A stretch of DNA of 63,693 bases, counting the filler, from Olpidium bornovanus S191 (Eukaryota > Fungi > Olpidiomycota), in assembly GCA_017911155.1 (NCBI GenBank). It is 30 parts of 30 records of this genome, joined end to end, with 100 filler letters (N's around TTAATTAATTAA, not from the genome) between each part and the next. Parts side by side here need not be neighbours in the genome. Positions count along the whole stretch, not along the records: positions 12,500 to 13,935 come from JAEFCI010005115.1; positions 14,036 to 15,341 come from JAEFCI010003760.1; positions 15,442 to 18,499 come from JAEFCI010003288.1; positions 18,600 to 21,588 come from JAEFCI010012843.1; positions 21,689 to 23,415 come from JAEFCI010005236.1; positions 23,516 to 25,438 come from JAEFCI010001135.1; positions 25,539 to 26,992 come from JAEFCI010003387.1; 23 more parts are not named here. The stretch is one strand, 5' to 3'. Shown one piece after another: positions 12,837-25,584 of this stretch. Under the pieces are notes generated by a model that saw only the letters and a program-made list of their open reading frames with translations, was not told where the DNA came from and did no database searches. The position numbers were made by a program, and so were the translations under genes. Position 1 is the first letter of the stretch. Each line of letters opens with the position of its first letter.

Positions 12837-13935
12837 ATGGACGCTGCGCAGCCTGCGCAGCCGGCCGGAAGCGAGCCGCCGTCAGCCCCCTTGCAGGCAG
12901 GCGCCGCCCCATCCGGCGTGGCGGACGTCTTGCAAGACGAGGCGCTCGCCCGGGCCCTCCAAGATCAGTTCCGGCTGGAGGACGAAAGTATCAGGCGCGA
13001 AGGCGCACAGGCGAGGCAGGGCCCGGCGCGCGCAGGTCAAGCGACGGCATCCAGGAACTCCGCCCGAGCTGGACTGAAGAACGCTTTCCTCGCTGCCTTG
13101 GACACTGCCGTCGGATCGAGAAACCGCGCTTTGCAAACCAACAGTCCGGAATCGGCCGCTGTTGCCGGTAAGTTGTTTCTTGGCGTGTCTTTTGCCGTAT
13201 GGACGCGACTGAAGCCGGCCGTGCCGCAGATCGCGTTGGCTGACTCCCGTTCCGACGCTGTTCTACTTGCGTCCAGCCTCCGCCGCCCTCCCGGAACCTC
13301 CTCAAGAGGGACAGTTACAATCACCGCCTCCACCGCCTCCACGAAAGCCAGACGGATCACAGCAAATTGTGCAAGGCGGCGGAGGAGAATTTCGGGCACA
13401 AGAGGTCCCTTTTGATTTCAATCAATTTCTTGAGCAGATGAGGCACCGGAGCGCCACGCCAATTGCCAAGTATTTCAAAAGGTCATTGCGATACGTTGCA
13501 TTTGCTACTGCTCGGCTCTTGTGCAACGATGTGGAACAATTAATCATGTCAGTCGAAACTTGCCCGCAGTTTTCTCCGGGAATTTGACCGGCAGCCGTGG
13601 AACGTTAACGAGCAGATTAAAATCATACATGATTTTCTTGACGTGAGTAAATCGTGTAATGTGATTCTTTTTGACGTCGACGGAAAAAACCTGGCGACCG
13701 CCGCTAATATCTGATATGGCAGTTCATCTACGTTAAAATGCGACAATGCGAACTGTGGGCGCACTGCAGCGAGGAGGAGTTTGGGAATGCGAAAGAAGGG
13801 ATGGAGAAGCTCGTCATGAATCGGCTATATCCTCAGTAAGAAAATGAGGAGTCGAAAACACGCGATCTGTCTGCCCCACACAATGCTGAAGATTCCGTCC
13901 AGCACATTCTCACCTACGACCGCTGACGATGCGGA
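12837..13935 (+). CDS. VPS9: Vps9 (Rab5 GEF), N-terminal part, truncated before the VPS9 domain
   Basis: EVPFDFNQFLEQMRHRSATPIAKYFK, FLREFDRQPWNVNEQIKIIHDFLD, EEFGNAKEGMEKLVMNRLYP. Confidence 0.88.
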
Positions 13936-14609
13936 NNNNNNNNNNNNNNNNNNNNNNNNNNNNNNNNNNNNNNNNNNNNTTAATTAATTAANNNNNNNNN
14001 NNNNNNNNNNNNNNNNNNNNNNNNNNNNNNNNNNNCACCGGCGTGAGCCTGGTCGATGGCAATGGGTGGACAAGGTCGAAGTAGTATTCCCGTTCCTCTC
14101 TCCGTTACAATCTACGCAAGGGGGCCCCTGGTACTTTGCGGTTACCCGAAATCATGACGCGGCTACGGCATCGAGTGGTGATGCTGTTCACAGTGTTTAA
14201 CAGGTTCTTGGCATTAGTGTTGCGTCACTCTCTTGAGCACAATATCTATCGTCATCACCCTGCGTGTCACCGGCGGCCGTCCGTAACAATCTGTATCTTA
14301 ACGTGTCTGCCTGTGACATCACTGCGCATCTCCGTCGGCGATGCCTTTCTGCCCCGAGAATTAGATATCATTTTGTCTCGCGTACAAGAGCTCTAACATC
14401 GCGGCATACACACCCATCATGCGTCCCCAGGTTCCTCAACCGAAAATCGAATGGCAAATAGGTGACAGGCGGCCTGCAGTTTGCCGTCAGGTGTACCACA
14501 AGCGCGTGGCAGGGCGTTGTGGCTTCGTAACACGTGGCGGGCAGCAGGGTGGCAGTACCATTCCGCCCCGTCCCTTTTCACCTGCTCAACATCTCCAGGC
14601 AAGCTCTCA

Positions 14610-15315
14610 TCATCTGAAACACGGACTTGCAGGCGTTCTGCCTCGTGCTGCCATTGTTCTGGCCGCGTACGTTTTCGTGGTCATGCTCCGAAATCTTCAG
14701 GATTTCCGGGGCCCCGAAAATATGGCCGCAATGCTTGTTGGTTCTATCCTTAAAACCCGCATCTACAGAATCTTCTGGCCCTGCATGGACAGAGACCGAT
14801 GGTTGTGGTGGGGTTCCGCGGATGCATGATGCGAGTGCTCATGGCTGAGACAAGGAAATTTCACGGCTTCGCGACGCTTCCTCTCGCAGTAAACGTGCGA
14901 CGCTTCCTCTCGCAGTAAACGTACCCGGTTAATTGACCGCTGTTGGGCGAGGTCGCGGGCGCAGAAGGAGGAAAGAGGAGGAGAAGGAAGGCGGGGGTTT
15001 GCGGAAGCGGGCGCGCGTGCGTGCGCAGCGCAAAGAAGAGGTGGGGGCTTTGTTTCCCTCTTCCTCTCGGGTCTTCTGGTTGTGTTCGATTGAGGGCGGA
15101 GAAGGGGCCTTTTTCCGCCGGTCACCCGATGGCGGAACCTCGCACCCCCCCCCCCCCCCCCCCCCGGGTTTTCTCCCGTGCGATTCGATGACGGAAATTT
15201 TGAGGGGGCCCCGCCCGATCCATGCACCAGAAACCTGCTGCTGCTCTGCGGCTGTCCGCCAAATCAATAAGTAAACCGTTACGAGGAGTGCCAGAACAAC
15301 TTTCGGGCTCGTCAT
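14610..15315 (-). CDS. Hypothetical protein with an N-terminal hydrophobic segment
   Basis: MTSPKVVLALLVTVYLLIWRTAAEQQQ looks like a signal peptide/anchor; a further open stretch lies at ~14610-14790. No family recognised. A 26-bp tandem duplication lies at 14871-14922. Confidence 0.25.
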
Positions 15316-15441
15316 CAACGAGCGAGCGGGTAAAAGGTCACNNNNNNNNNNNNNNNNNNNNNNNNNNNNNNNNNNNNNNNNNNNNTTAATTAATTAANNN
15401 NNNNNNNNNNNNNNNNNNNNNNNNNNNNNNNNNNNNNNNNN

Positions 15442-18400
15442 ACATGATCTTGTCGACAGGTGAATCAACTGCCGTTTTTCTCCTTCAAGTTTAGAAAACC
15501 CCTCGCTTTTAAATACCTGAGGAGATGGACGCAGGAGGGTACAAGCTTTTGGTACCGCACGAACAGGCTTTGCTCGTACTTGTAGTCTTGTGCAACCAGG
15601 GACAGCACAGTTGGGGGCAGCTGGTTCGGGTCTGTATGTTTCGGCATACCGAGTAAGGCGCCAATGCCACCGACCGTCGGCGCCATTTTCGTCCAAAACT
15701 CTCATTTGACCATACCTCCAACGAGAATGCACCGCCGACACCCGTATTTTAAGGGTATCAGCGAGCTCAGTTCGACCTTAAGGGAAAAGCGGGAAGGTCA
15801 GGCCAGCGGCCACAGAATCATCCTCGTCCTCCTAATCCAGCTCGCGCAGCACCCTCACCGACTGTGCCGCCTCGTCGATAATTACGGTTTCGAATCCGGT
15901 CGGAAGGGAGGCGAGGACGTCGTGACCAGACCCGCTCAGGGTGCAACACACGATGTCTGCCTCTGCAAGGATACGGTTCCTCGTCTCTTTCCGAATGTTC
16001 TCCCTCTGCACCCTCGAAACGTTCTTCTTCTCCTTCTCTCGGTCCTGCTTCCGGTACAGCTCCCACAGTTGCCTCTTGAGACTAGCCAGCCGCTCCTCCA
16101 TTTCGCTGGTGCTGCCGTCCTGTTTGCTGATAGCCAGCTTCACCTCCTCGATCTTCCTCGACACGTCTTCCTTGGCCTCGCGGATCTGTTCCGACGTCAT
16201 AACCGCCTTCTCCTGCGCCTGTTCGGCTTGCGAAAACAGCGACTCTGGACGGCTGAGCTCCTGCTCGGTCAAGTAGTCCAGTGTCACGTCACGCACTGCT
16301 GAGTTGATCTGGTCCGACACGCCCACGCGAACGACATTCCTCGACCGCAAAACACCAGTGAAGTCCACTACTCCTAGACGAATGCGCTTGACAATCTCAT
16401 CCACCGCAGCGTTGCTGGGAGCGCATATTAGAAGTCTGGGTTTTTCCATGATGGTCGTAAAGGTGGACTGATATCGGGAAAGGATTAGCCTGACGAGATT
16501 GGATCCGTGGATTCGTGCAACGCTCAATAACACAAACTGGAACTTGCTAACTCCATTCAACTCTCCCGTGCCACCCCTCTTTTCTGCCACGCATGTGGTT
16601 CTACCAACCTGCGACTCGTTGCTTTCTTGACTCAACAGGGCACCAACCAAGCCGAGAATAGTCTTTGTTTTCCCTGGGAACCAAAAAAAAAAAAATCGAT
16701 ATCGCACGATGGGAATTGAGCTGTTGCATAAACGCGTGAACCGCAAATGTTCTCCGGATAGAGGCCTACATACCTGTTCCAGGAGGACTTGTGACAATTC
16801 CACCACACTGTAAATAGAACTTAAATCTAGCAAAGCCGAAGCTGCCACCCAGCCCATCTTACCCCTGAATAAGCGTGAAGCCTTTTTTCCGACCAAGAGC
16901 GCTCAAGATTGCCACAGCTTGGGGCTCGTTGACGCCGTACGTATTCACGCAACGCGCAATGCTGTCGGCGCTCGGACGGGGTTGGGGCGTCGCCGCCTGC
17001 TTCGGGTTAAGGATATCTTTGGACAGACCGTAATATGCCATGCCCTGGAGCGCGGCGTACTCGCGATGAACTGGAACCAAGCTGAAATGCACAAGCGTAT
17101 TTGGCAAGCATGACCAAAAAATTTGAGTGTGTGCCAGCGCCTAGTGCACCGTAATCGACGACGCAGTTCGCGGCGGCAAAGGTCCCCGGTACCTAAAAAG
17201 CTTGAGTATCTTCCATGACGTTTTAGGGTTGAGGAGGGCGAGAGCCTCGTTCCCACCCCGCGAGTAGACCCTGACACGGACGTCGCCAATGTCGCTCCGG
17301 GTAGTTACCGAGTTGACCTTTCCCAAGATGGCACACGCATCCGGCTTCGAGCTGGATGACTGGATGACCGGGACGCCGGACGGTAAGATGGCAGGCTTCG
17401 CGACGTTTCGGGAGAGGAGGACCAGGTCGTGCTCAGCTAGAGTCCTCGCGGGCCCGACGGCCATCGTAAAAGTGACGTCACTGAAGCAGTCCACGGTAGC
17501 GCGCGATGCACAGGTGGCGTCCACGGAGTCCTGCGTAGGATTCCCTTCCTCGAAAGCGCTCTGCAGTTGCTGCCAGCACTCGAGCACCAGTAGCGGTTCA
17601 AAAATTTTCTGGTAGTGTGTCGTAGAGGAAAATGTCGCCGGAACCGCCTGATATTTGATCTCCGGGCCGGCCGGAGGCGAAGGGGGCGTATCACCCGCCG
17701 GATCCGTCGGCCAGGAGAGAACCTGCGCGTGAAGCTTGTCTAGGTTTGGGGCTATCCTGGCCCGGTCGAGTTCCTCCTTGATCGCGTGTGCCCTGCGTTG
17801 GTGAAGTTGGGGCGACTCCACGATGGGCTCCTCGACAAGCTTGATGGACCGATTGATCTCCGGGAGCCTGGTCTGTTTGGCCGCGGCGGCGGCGACATCC
17901 AGCAGATTTGGTTTCGGCTTGCGCTGCGTCGCAAGCTGTTGGAGGCCGTTGCCCTCCGAATCATCAGCGCTGCCGTCTGAAGCGGAAGGTGTGTCCGGCT
18001 TTCCGTGTTCCTTTCTTGGTTGTTTCACGTCCGGCTGAATGCGCGAATGGTTCAAAAACCTCCCTCGGCGGGCCTGCGCAAGCTTGCTCAGCGTTTGCGC
18101 CATGGGTAAATTTTTGGCGAGCGTCCCGTCCTTCGCCGACCGCGCAAAAGAAGCGAAATCCGGGAAGTGCCGTGAAGGGGAGCCCGGCTTCGGCGGCTGT
18201 TCGCCCGCATCAGCTTCCACCGGCTGTTTGCCGGCTAGAGCGGCTTTCTCTGCTTCCGCCTCGCAAGCATCCCACAGCGCGGCCAGCGTCTCGTCATCGA
18301 AATCCCCGAATTCCGCGTCGAACTCGTCGCTTTCGCTCGAATCCGGAACGGGGACCGGCGCAAGGCAAGACCCATCGCCATGCGCCGCGGTGATATCTGG

Positions 18401-18499
18401 AAGAGCGTCGCGGCTGAAAGTCGGGAAGCAGCACGATGCGGCACATTCAGCAATTTCCGGAGCAATTGCACGCGTGTTTGCTCGAGTCTGGCAGACCAG
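15442..18499 (-). CDS. SEN1: Sen1/senataxin SF1 RNA/DNA helicase, internal fragment
   Basis: FSSTTHYQKIFEPLLVLECWQQL, NEPQAVAI, FTLIQG|PPGT|GKTKTILG, LICAPSNAAVDEIVKR, ADIVCCTLSGSGH, FETVIIDEAAQ, DPNQLPPTV, YEQSLFVR. Confidence 0.95.
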
Positions 18500-18612
18500 N
18501 NNNNNNNNNNNNNNNNNNNNNNNNNNNNNNNNNNNNNNNNNNNTTAATTAATTAANNNNNNNNNNNNNNNNNNNNNNNNNNNNNNNNNNNNNNNNNNNNC
18601 CCCCCCCCCCCC

Positions 18613-18675
<63 letters not shown>

Positions 18676-19783
18676 CCTTGAACGGGCCGAGCCCGGCCAG
18701 CCGGCCCTCGGGGTCGCAGACGTCAGGGTACGTGGGCCACGAAACAGCTCGCGCGGCAGCGGGAGCGCGCAGGCCCCCCACCCCGCCCGGGCGCGAGGCG
18801 GGGCTCGAGCTCCTCGGGCGCGACGGAGAACAGGATCTGCCGCCCCGTCTCGGGATCCCAGAGCGACACTTCTGCGCGACGGCGATTCCCGTATGTTCCA
18901 GATCGGCCTGCCGGCGTTGCGCCGGGCCGCCTAACCGTGGATGTGACGAGGGTGCGCGGGGTGAGCGGGGCGAGCGCGCGCGCGCGCGCGAAGGGGTGGT
19001 GCCGGGTGCGGGAAGGGAGGAGGGGGGAGGGGGGAACGGGCGGGGGGGTGCCAAGGGGCGAACGGGGGGCTAAGGGGGTGTGTCTCTTGGGTCGACGAGG
19101 CGGGCGGCGGATTGTCTGTCGCCGGGAAAGAAAAACGAAAACGAAAACGAACAAAAAAAAAAAAAAGGGAGGGCGGCGGGGCGAAGGAAGGAAAAAAAAA
19201 CGTGTGGCGCCCTCCCGATCTTCCCGAAGGGCTCCCCCCCCCCCAAGCCCCCACCATCCCGTGATCAACAAAACGTTCCCGCCCCGTCCGGCCCGACCGG
19301 GGCAAATGTTGTTTGACGTTTCGCCTTTCGCGTCGGATCGGCTGACAAAACGAGGGGCGAGAGAGGAAAAGGGGGGTAGTTGGGAGTGGGGTGGGGGGAA
19401 GGAGGCGGCCGCCCCCCCCGGCTTCAGCCTGCTCCGCTCTCTGCTTTCGCCCGGGAAAACAAAAAAAAAAATGCCCGAATCGCCCGGAAAAAAAAAAAAA
19501 AAAAAAGCCCGAATCTAACGCCCCGCGCGGTCATCGTCGTAGGCGGCCCGCGCCTCAAAACCTCCCCCCCCCCCGGCCCCCCCCGTGACGCGTGCTGTGC
19601 GCGCTGACGCGCCTTCCCGGGGAAGAAAAGTGTTTCGGCCGGACGGGCGCGGTGAACTGGCAAAACAACGCGGCCGTCGGCCCTAACCCGCCTCGCGCCT
19701 TCCGCCCCTCGCTCGGCGCCCATCTCCGCGACGGGGCGTCCCCAGCCCCTACAACCGCAGATATTTTTTCCCTCCATTTTTTC

Positions 19784-21588
19784 TTATTCGGTAGATCGGG
19801 AGTGTCTCTGAGGGGAAAAAAAAAAACGCCCGGCAGGGAAACGAGCCTGTTGCGACACAACCCTGCTCCTCCTTACCCCCCCCCCCCCACTTCCGGCAAG
19901 CGCGCGCGCTCTGCCGGGAGGCGACGGCCGACGAGGGGCCCCCGCTCGTTCGTGAAGATGGGGGGAACGAGCGAGGCGCCCTCCCCGTTCGCGCGCGCCG
20001 AGCGGGCCTGCCGGATGGACCCGCGGGTAGAGCTTGTCGCCCCGGAGGGCGTCCTCGGCAATGCGGACCGCTCTCTCGGCGATGGTGCCCGAGTCCTCGC
20101 TCCACCTGACGCCGAGCTCCTCGACGCCCGCGGCGCGGGCGGCCGCGCCTTCCCCCTCCCAGAATTTGGCGTCCCACCCGTCTTCCAGCCAGAGCTCGCG
20201 GAACAGGCGCGGGTCGCCCTCGTGCGGGGGCAGGGCGTCCAGCCGGTAGATCTCCATCGCCTCCTCCCCGACGTACAGGCGATCCGGCCGCCGGCTGTCT
20301 GCGGCGAGCCCGGGGAACACCCGGACGCCCGCCGCGCCGAGCGTGCTTTTGAGCGCCGAAAACAACACCGCCAGGGCGGCGTCCGCGGCGTCGAGCGGAC
20401 CCTCGCCCGCGGCCACTTGAGGTAGGAGGTTGCACTGGGCGGCGACCATCGCCACCGTGGATGGATCGAACGCCAGCCGAGAGCTGACCAGGAACCGCTG
20501 GCGCGGCATGTCGACGAGGTCCGGAACCTCGGACGCATCCACGAGCCGGTGCGGCCCCTTACCCCCCTTTCCGGGGTTCGCATCGCCGCCGGCCGACTCG
20601 TCGACCACAACGATCCCGTCGAACGGCACCGCCGACCTGCATCCCGCTTTCGGGCTTTCCTTGCGGCGGCGGGCGCCGTCCTCGGCGCCCGGCGCGCGTT
20701 CCGTCCCGCGCAGCCCGCCGATCGCAAGCGCGCGCTTCAAAAAGTGGGGCGACATCTCCACCGGCACGTCCGCCGGCGTCGTTATGTAGACCGTGTCTCC
20801 GTTGCGCGGAAAGTAAGTCGGGATCCCGTTGGCCGTCAGCTCGCCCGCGAGCTCGACCATACCGGGCTTCTCGCCGTGGACAAGCATCACGTTGCGCGGC
20901 CGGCAATTGGCGATAAGCTGTTTGATTCCCTTCGCGTCGGCGTGTGCGCTGAAACTTAACGTTCGAACTTGGAGGTTGACCTCCAGCTTGCGCTTGTCGA
21001 TCGTGACCTCCCTCTTCCCGCTCATCAACTGCCCGCCGATTGTCCCTGGAACACTGCACGATTTTCGCGGGAAGACCGCCCGCCGTCAGCGTTTGGAAGG
21101 GGGGGGGGGCCGGGGGAAGAAGGAGGGCAAAACACACACGTCTGCCGTACCAATATCCGGGAATGATGAGCATGTTTTTCGGATCCGGAGCCCACATCTT
21201 GAACACCTCCAGCGAATTGCCCGAGTGCAGCATCCCGGGAGTCGAGAACAGCACCATGGGGCCCGGCTTCTCGTGGTATGACTTGTCGAATTTCGTGATG
21301 TGCTTGTAGTCGAACGGGTTTCTCTTTCCCTCCCTAAAATTGTCCCTGAGGGCGGGGTTCAGCCAGCTGATGAACCGCTTGTAGTACTCCGTGGACTTCC
21401 CGGTCATGGACGAGGAGAAATAAATTGGGCAGCTGAGCTGCGTGCGCTCCCAGTAGGCCTCGAGCAGCATGCACAGCTCCTGGGCGCGGCCGAGGGCGAA
21501 GCAGGGTATGAGCACCCTCCCGCCGCCCTTGACGCACTCGTGGACCGAGCGGAGGAAGTCGGCCTCGCGCTCCATGCGGCTTTCGCGG
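19784..21588 (-). CDS. INTS11: Integrator subunit 11 (CPSF3-like) beta-CASP endonuclease, 5'-truncated; 3' end uncertain
   Basis: VLIPCFALGRAQELCMLLEAYWER, PGPMVLFSTPGMLHSGNSLEVFKMWA, NMLIIPGYC|VPGTIG, LSFSAHADAKGIKQLI, VMLVHGE. SAHADAKGI is INTS11-type; CPSF3/Ysh1 typically has SAH(T/V)D. Confidence 0.88.
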
Positions 21589-23515
21589 NNNNNNNNNNNN
21601 NNNNNNNNNNNNNNNNNNNNNNNNNNNNNNNNTTAATTAATTAANNNNNNNNNNNNNNNNNNNNNNNNNNNNNNNNNNNNNNNNNNNNCGCATGAAAAGG
21701 TGCGAAAAGGACAGCCCGCTAACACACAAATTTCCTGATCCTAATTTCCGTCCGCTTACGCTTCCAAACCTTTCACTATGCTCCCTCCCTAGACTTCGTA
21801 ACCCAAACACACTAATGTAAAGCCTTCTCTGAGCACCCTCCTTGCCTTCCTGCTCGCTTTCTTCTGCCGGTCGCCTCCGGTCCGCAGGCGGACGCGCAGC
21901 ACGGATTCAACCAGAGCCCCTGGTTCAGGCCATGACCCCGCCCATGGTGTGGACTCGGCCTGTACTTGTTAGACGTTGCGGCGGTTGTGTGACGGCGACA
22001 AAAAAAAACGGTTGTAATTTGTAGATAGTTCGGAACCCGTTTTAATTGTATATTGGTTTTTTTTTTCTTGAAGTGTGCGGACAAAAGAAGGAAATTCGCG
22101 ACCAAGCGCGTTGCAGGCCGTAATTTCGATGAAAAGAGAACGCGAGCAGAGAAAAGAGAACTGCGACGCTGGCTGTTTTGACTGCATTTTTCTTTAGAGA
22201 GCCAGAAAATAAATTGGGGTACTCGGCTGGTGCAGGAAAAAGGAAAGGGAGGGGGAGGGAGGGGGGGTGGCAGAGAACGGCTGCGACATGCAATTCCTTT
22301 TATTGCCGAGGTCTTCGCCTCGATGGAGAAGTTTGGGCCCGTGTCCAATGATTGTCAACCGCGACGGGGGTCCGGTGCTGGCTACTCTTACGCCGTGATT
22401 CGACGTGGTCGCACATCTGCCCTTGCCAACTTCTCTGGTCTTCCTCATGTACTTGCAAACCATGCGGCTCCGTCCCTCGAGGCTCCAGGCCTTCCTCCTT
22501 CACCTAACATTGCCAAGTCGAGCAGGGCGTGCAGGGGAATTGGCCATTCACTTTAGACAGGATACAGCTCTGCGGGAAATACAATCGGTCGCTCGGGAGG
22601 ACGGCAGATGAAGAAACGAAGGACCCAAGTTGTGCAATTCCGTTGGGGCCACTGTGCCATCAAGACAAAACCGGCGATACCCGCCTGACCCTGAACCGGG
22701 AGCCGCCGCCTCCGCCAAAGCGATGTCCTTTCGGAAAGACATGCCTCCAAGCGCACGTCAGCGCATCGCGTCGCATACGCAGATAATCCCTTGCTCTCCG
22801 AACGAAGAAAGCGAAGAATAAAAGTGAATAGTCGTCGAGTGAATCTGAAATTAAAATATCCCGTGGCGACGCGCTTGATCGACATGCAGCGCAGCGTTGC
22901 ACGCGCCGCCGACGCGGGCGCATCGTCGCGAACTGTGGGCGTTGTGGTGGGGACCGCTCCGCGAGACACCGAGTTCCCATGGCGAGCCATAGCTGGGAAT
23001 AGACCAACGCCCTTACGGGCTATTGTATTAGCCAGTGAGCTAGCGCCATGCAGTAGCAGAGCGGACCCAGTGGGTCCCTCGGGGCTGTGTTGGCCCCGGG
23101 GCGGTGGCCTCCGAGGCTGTGCTGGCCTCGGGGGTGGTAAATGACCTATGGTCCGGGTGGGACCCCGGCTCCGCCCGGATTCCGCCCAGGTTCCACAGAC
23201 CCCCTCTCTTCGCCCCCAACAGTTGCCGTTGGTCCTGGTTGGGTAAACACGGGGAATGGCCATTTTTGGTTTTTCGCATTTGCAGCGGGCTGCCCATGGC
23301 CAACCTTGCGCCATCGAAGAAAGTGTGAAAGGAAACTGATGTTTTGTCCTGCACTGCTCAGGAAAATTGTCATCTATTTCTTCAGCGACCTCCCGTCCAT
23401 TTTTTTCCACTAAAANNNNNNNNNNNNNNNNNNNNNNNNNNNNNNNNNNNNNNNNNNNNTTAATTAATTAANNNNNNNNNNNNNNNNNNNNNNNNNNNNN
23501 NNNNNNNNNNNNNNN

Positions 23516-24094
23516 AGTTGCAACCTTGCGTTGTTGAGGTCATTTGCGACGGGGAAACGAAGAAGTGGTTCGGTACGTTGCACAGAAAAGCGTTGGCCGA
23601 TCAAATACCGTTCGCGTCCAAAATTTATTGACATGCGCTATGGTTCGCGTTTTTGCGTCGGGGACGGGAAATCACCTGGTGGCGCGAAACAGTCAGCGGC
23701 GGGTTTTTCGCCATGAACGCTGATTCCTCCCTCAACATTAATGCCATCGAGGCGTTTGGCCTCGACGAGTTTAACCCTGAGGTGCGAAGGGGATGGGGAG
23801 GGTGGTGGGAGGGGGTGTGACTCTGTCGTAGGAATTCTGCGTTTTGCCGGCGGGAAAGGGGGAACGTTTTTGCCCCCGGCGTCGTTGAGGGGTTGTTTCA
23901 GGGAGGGCGGCCTAGACTGAAGCTGGTTGCCGTTGACATCGTTGCATCTCGCCCTCCCGTTGTACCAGCATATCCGCAACAACCTGGCGGCTGCCAAGCA
24001 GCAGGCGACCTCGGCAGCTATTCAATACGAGCGCGATGTGGCCAAGATAGAGGCGGAAGTTCTTGAAACACTGCAGGCAGCCGTCAAGGCCTGA
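23516..24094 (+). CDS. ATP16: Mitochondrial F1 ATP synthase delta subunit, 3' exons
   Basis: Exons 23516-23572, 23693-23781 and 23969-24094 give LQPCVVEVICDGETKKWF|VSGGFFAMNADSSLNINAIEAFGLDEFNPE|HIRNNLAAAKQQA...AKIEAEVLETLQAAVKA*. Not in the ORF track. Confidence 0.92.
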
Positions 24095-25584
24095 AAGCCC
24101 GCTTCTAAAAATTCAGTGCCGAAAAGGATTTTTAGATTTCCGCATTTGGGTGCAATATCCGTGAAAGAGTTCTGCTGCCACGTAGGACCAAGTTGCGGCG
24201 ACCGTTCAGCACGCAATCACGTGTTTGCTCCAGCTTATGATTAACTGATTCGACGATGTACGCCTTATGGGAGACGATGGCAAGAGTGTCGCCTGGTGGT
24301 ATCTCGCCTAAGTGCCAACCTGGTGCAGTGTCGCTGGCCACGCTACCTGCGAAACATAGGCGCGGATTGACGGTCGCGGCGGAAACGAGCCTGGGACTGG
24401 ATTTGGAATCAGGGTACTGTTGCTTCCCCGGAAATGAAGAGTTCTACGACTGTGAGAGAAACACACCTTAAAACCAGGCCAGTTTCGCACGTCGCTCGCA
24501 AAGGCGGTAAGGTCGCGTTTTTTTGAGAACTGGACCCGCACTACGTTTTCTGCCTCACCCAAACCGCGCGACGTTGAAGCGAGTGGACGGCGACGTTTTG
24601 GCCGGCCGGCGCCCGGCGCTAAATACAAGATGTCAGTCGGATGCGGCCGGATTTATCCGGAAATGAACTGTTTTTTCCCGTTCCGCAGTGGTGCGGGAAA
24701 ACGCGTTTCGTTGGAGCAGTTGCGGAACGGCTTCCCCCGAGCTTTGAACCCTCATGCGCAATAGTGCCGCGGCATTCGTGTACCGGTCGCGATTGTTTTC
24801 GCGGCTGCTCTGTCCCCGATTATTGTCCCCTGGCTGTTAGTCGTAGCTCGTCTCTCTGCCGCCGGACGGTCAATCGAGCATGCGCTTCTTTTCCGGCAAT
24901 CTGCCCGATGGCGGCTGCGATTCAGCGAATGAGCGAGAGATCGAGCATAAACCCGCGTGACAGAGAGAAGTTTACACGTGGATCAGGCGATTTTTGGAAA
25001 TTGGGCCCAGAGTTTGGCCCCGAAAGGGGCAATCTGATGCGCGTCCAAATTTCTGCGTTTAACCGTCGTCGCCAATACATACCTGAATATCAACCGGTAC
25101 GCCTAGTTAGAGGACGCTCCAAATCTCATCGGGAACTTTCGGCTCGCGGAATAACGCCATTAGTGAAAAACGGGAAGGGGCGGCGAGAGCAGCGCCCAAG
25201 GTCACGCCCATATCCCGTTCCGGGCATCTGCGGGTATTTCTCCCTCCGCCAAACTTTTTTCTTGATAGGGCCCAAACGGCAGCTCTGAGAATTTCCCGGT
25301 GAACAACACGCGTGTTTCATGCCCAGGGCCACCACCATCGGCAAATGTCAGGGGTAGACCCTGGCATTTTCCGTTGAAAAAGTGGTAACATTCGCCCTTG
25401 ACGCAGTGGCGTCGTTACGCGTGTCCGCCTGCTCGGCGNNNNNNNNNNNNNNNNNNNNNNNNNNNNNNNNNNNNNNNNNNNNTTAATTAATTAANNNNNN
25501 NNNNNNNNNNNNNNNNNNNNNNNNNNNNNNNNNNNNNNCATGGTTGGTCACAAGTATTTCGCGTTCGTGGCGACGGTGTGTGAG

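Noticed and set aside
21689-23415. Several overlapping ORFs in this contig
   Set aside because: No family or consistent exon structure recognised; left unannotated. The same applies to 37445-38756 and 57500-58700.
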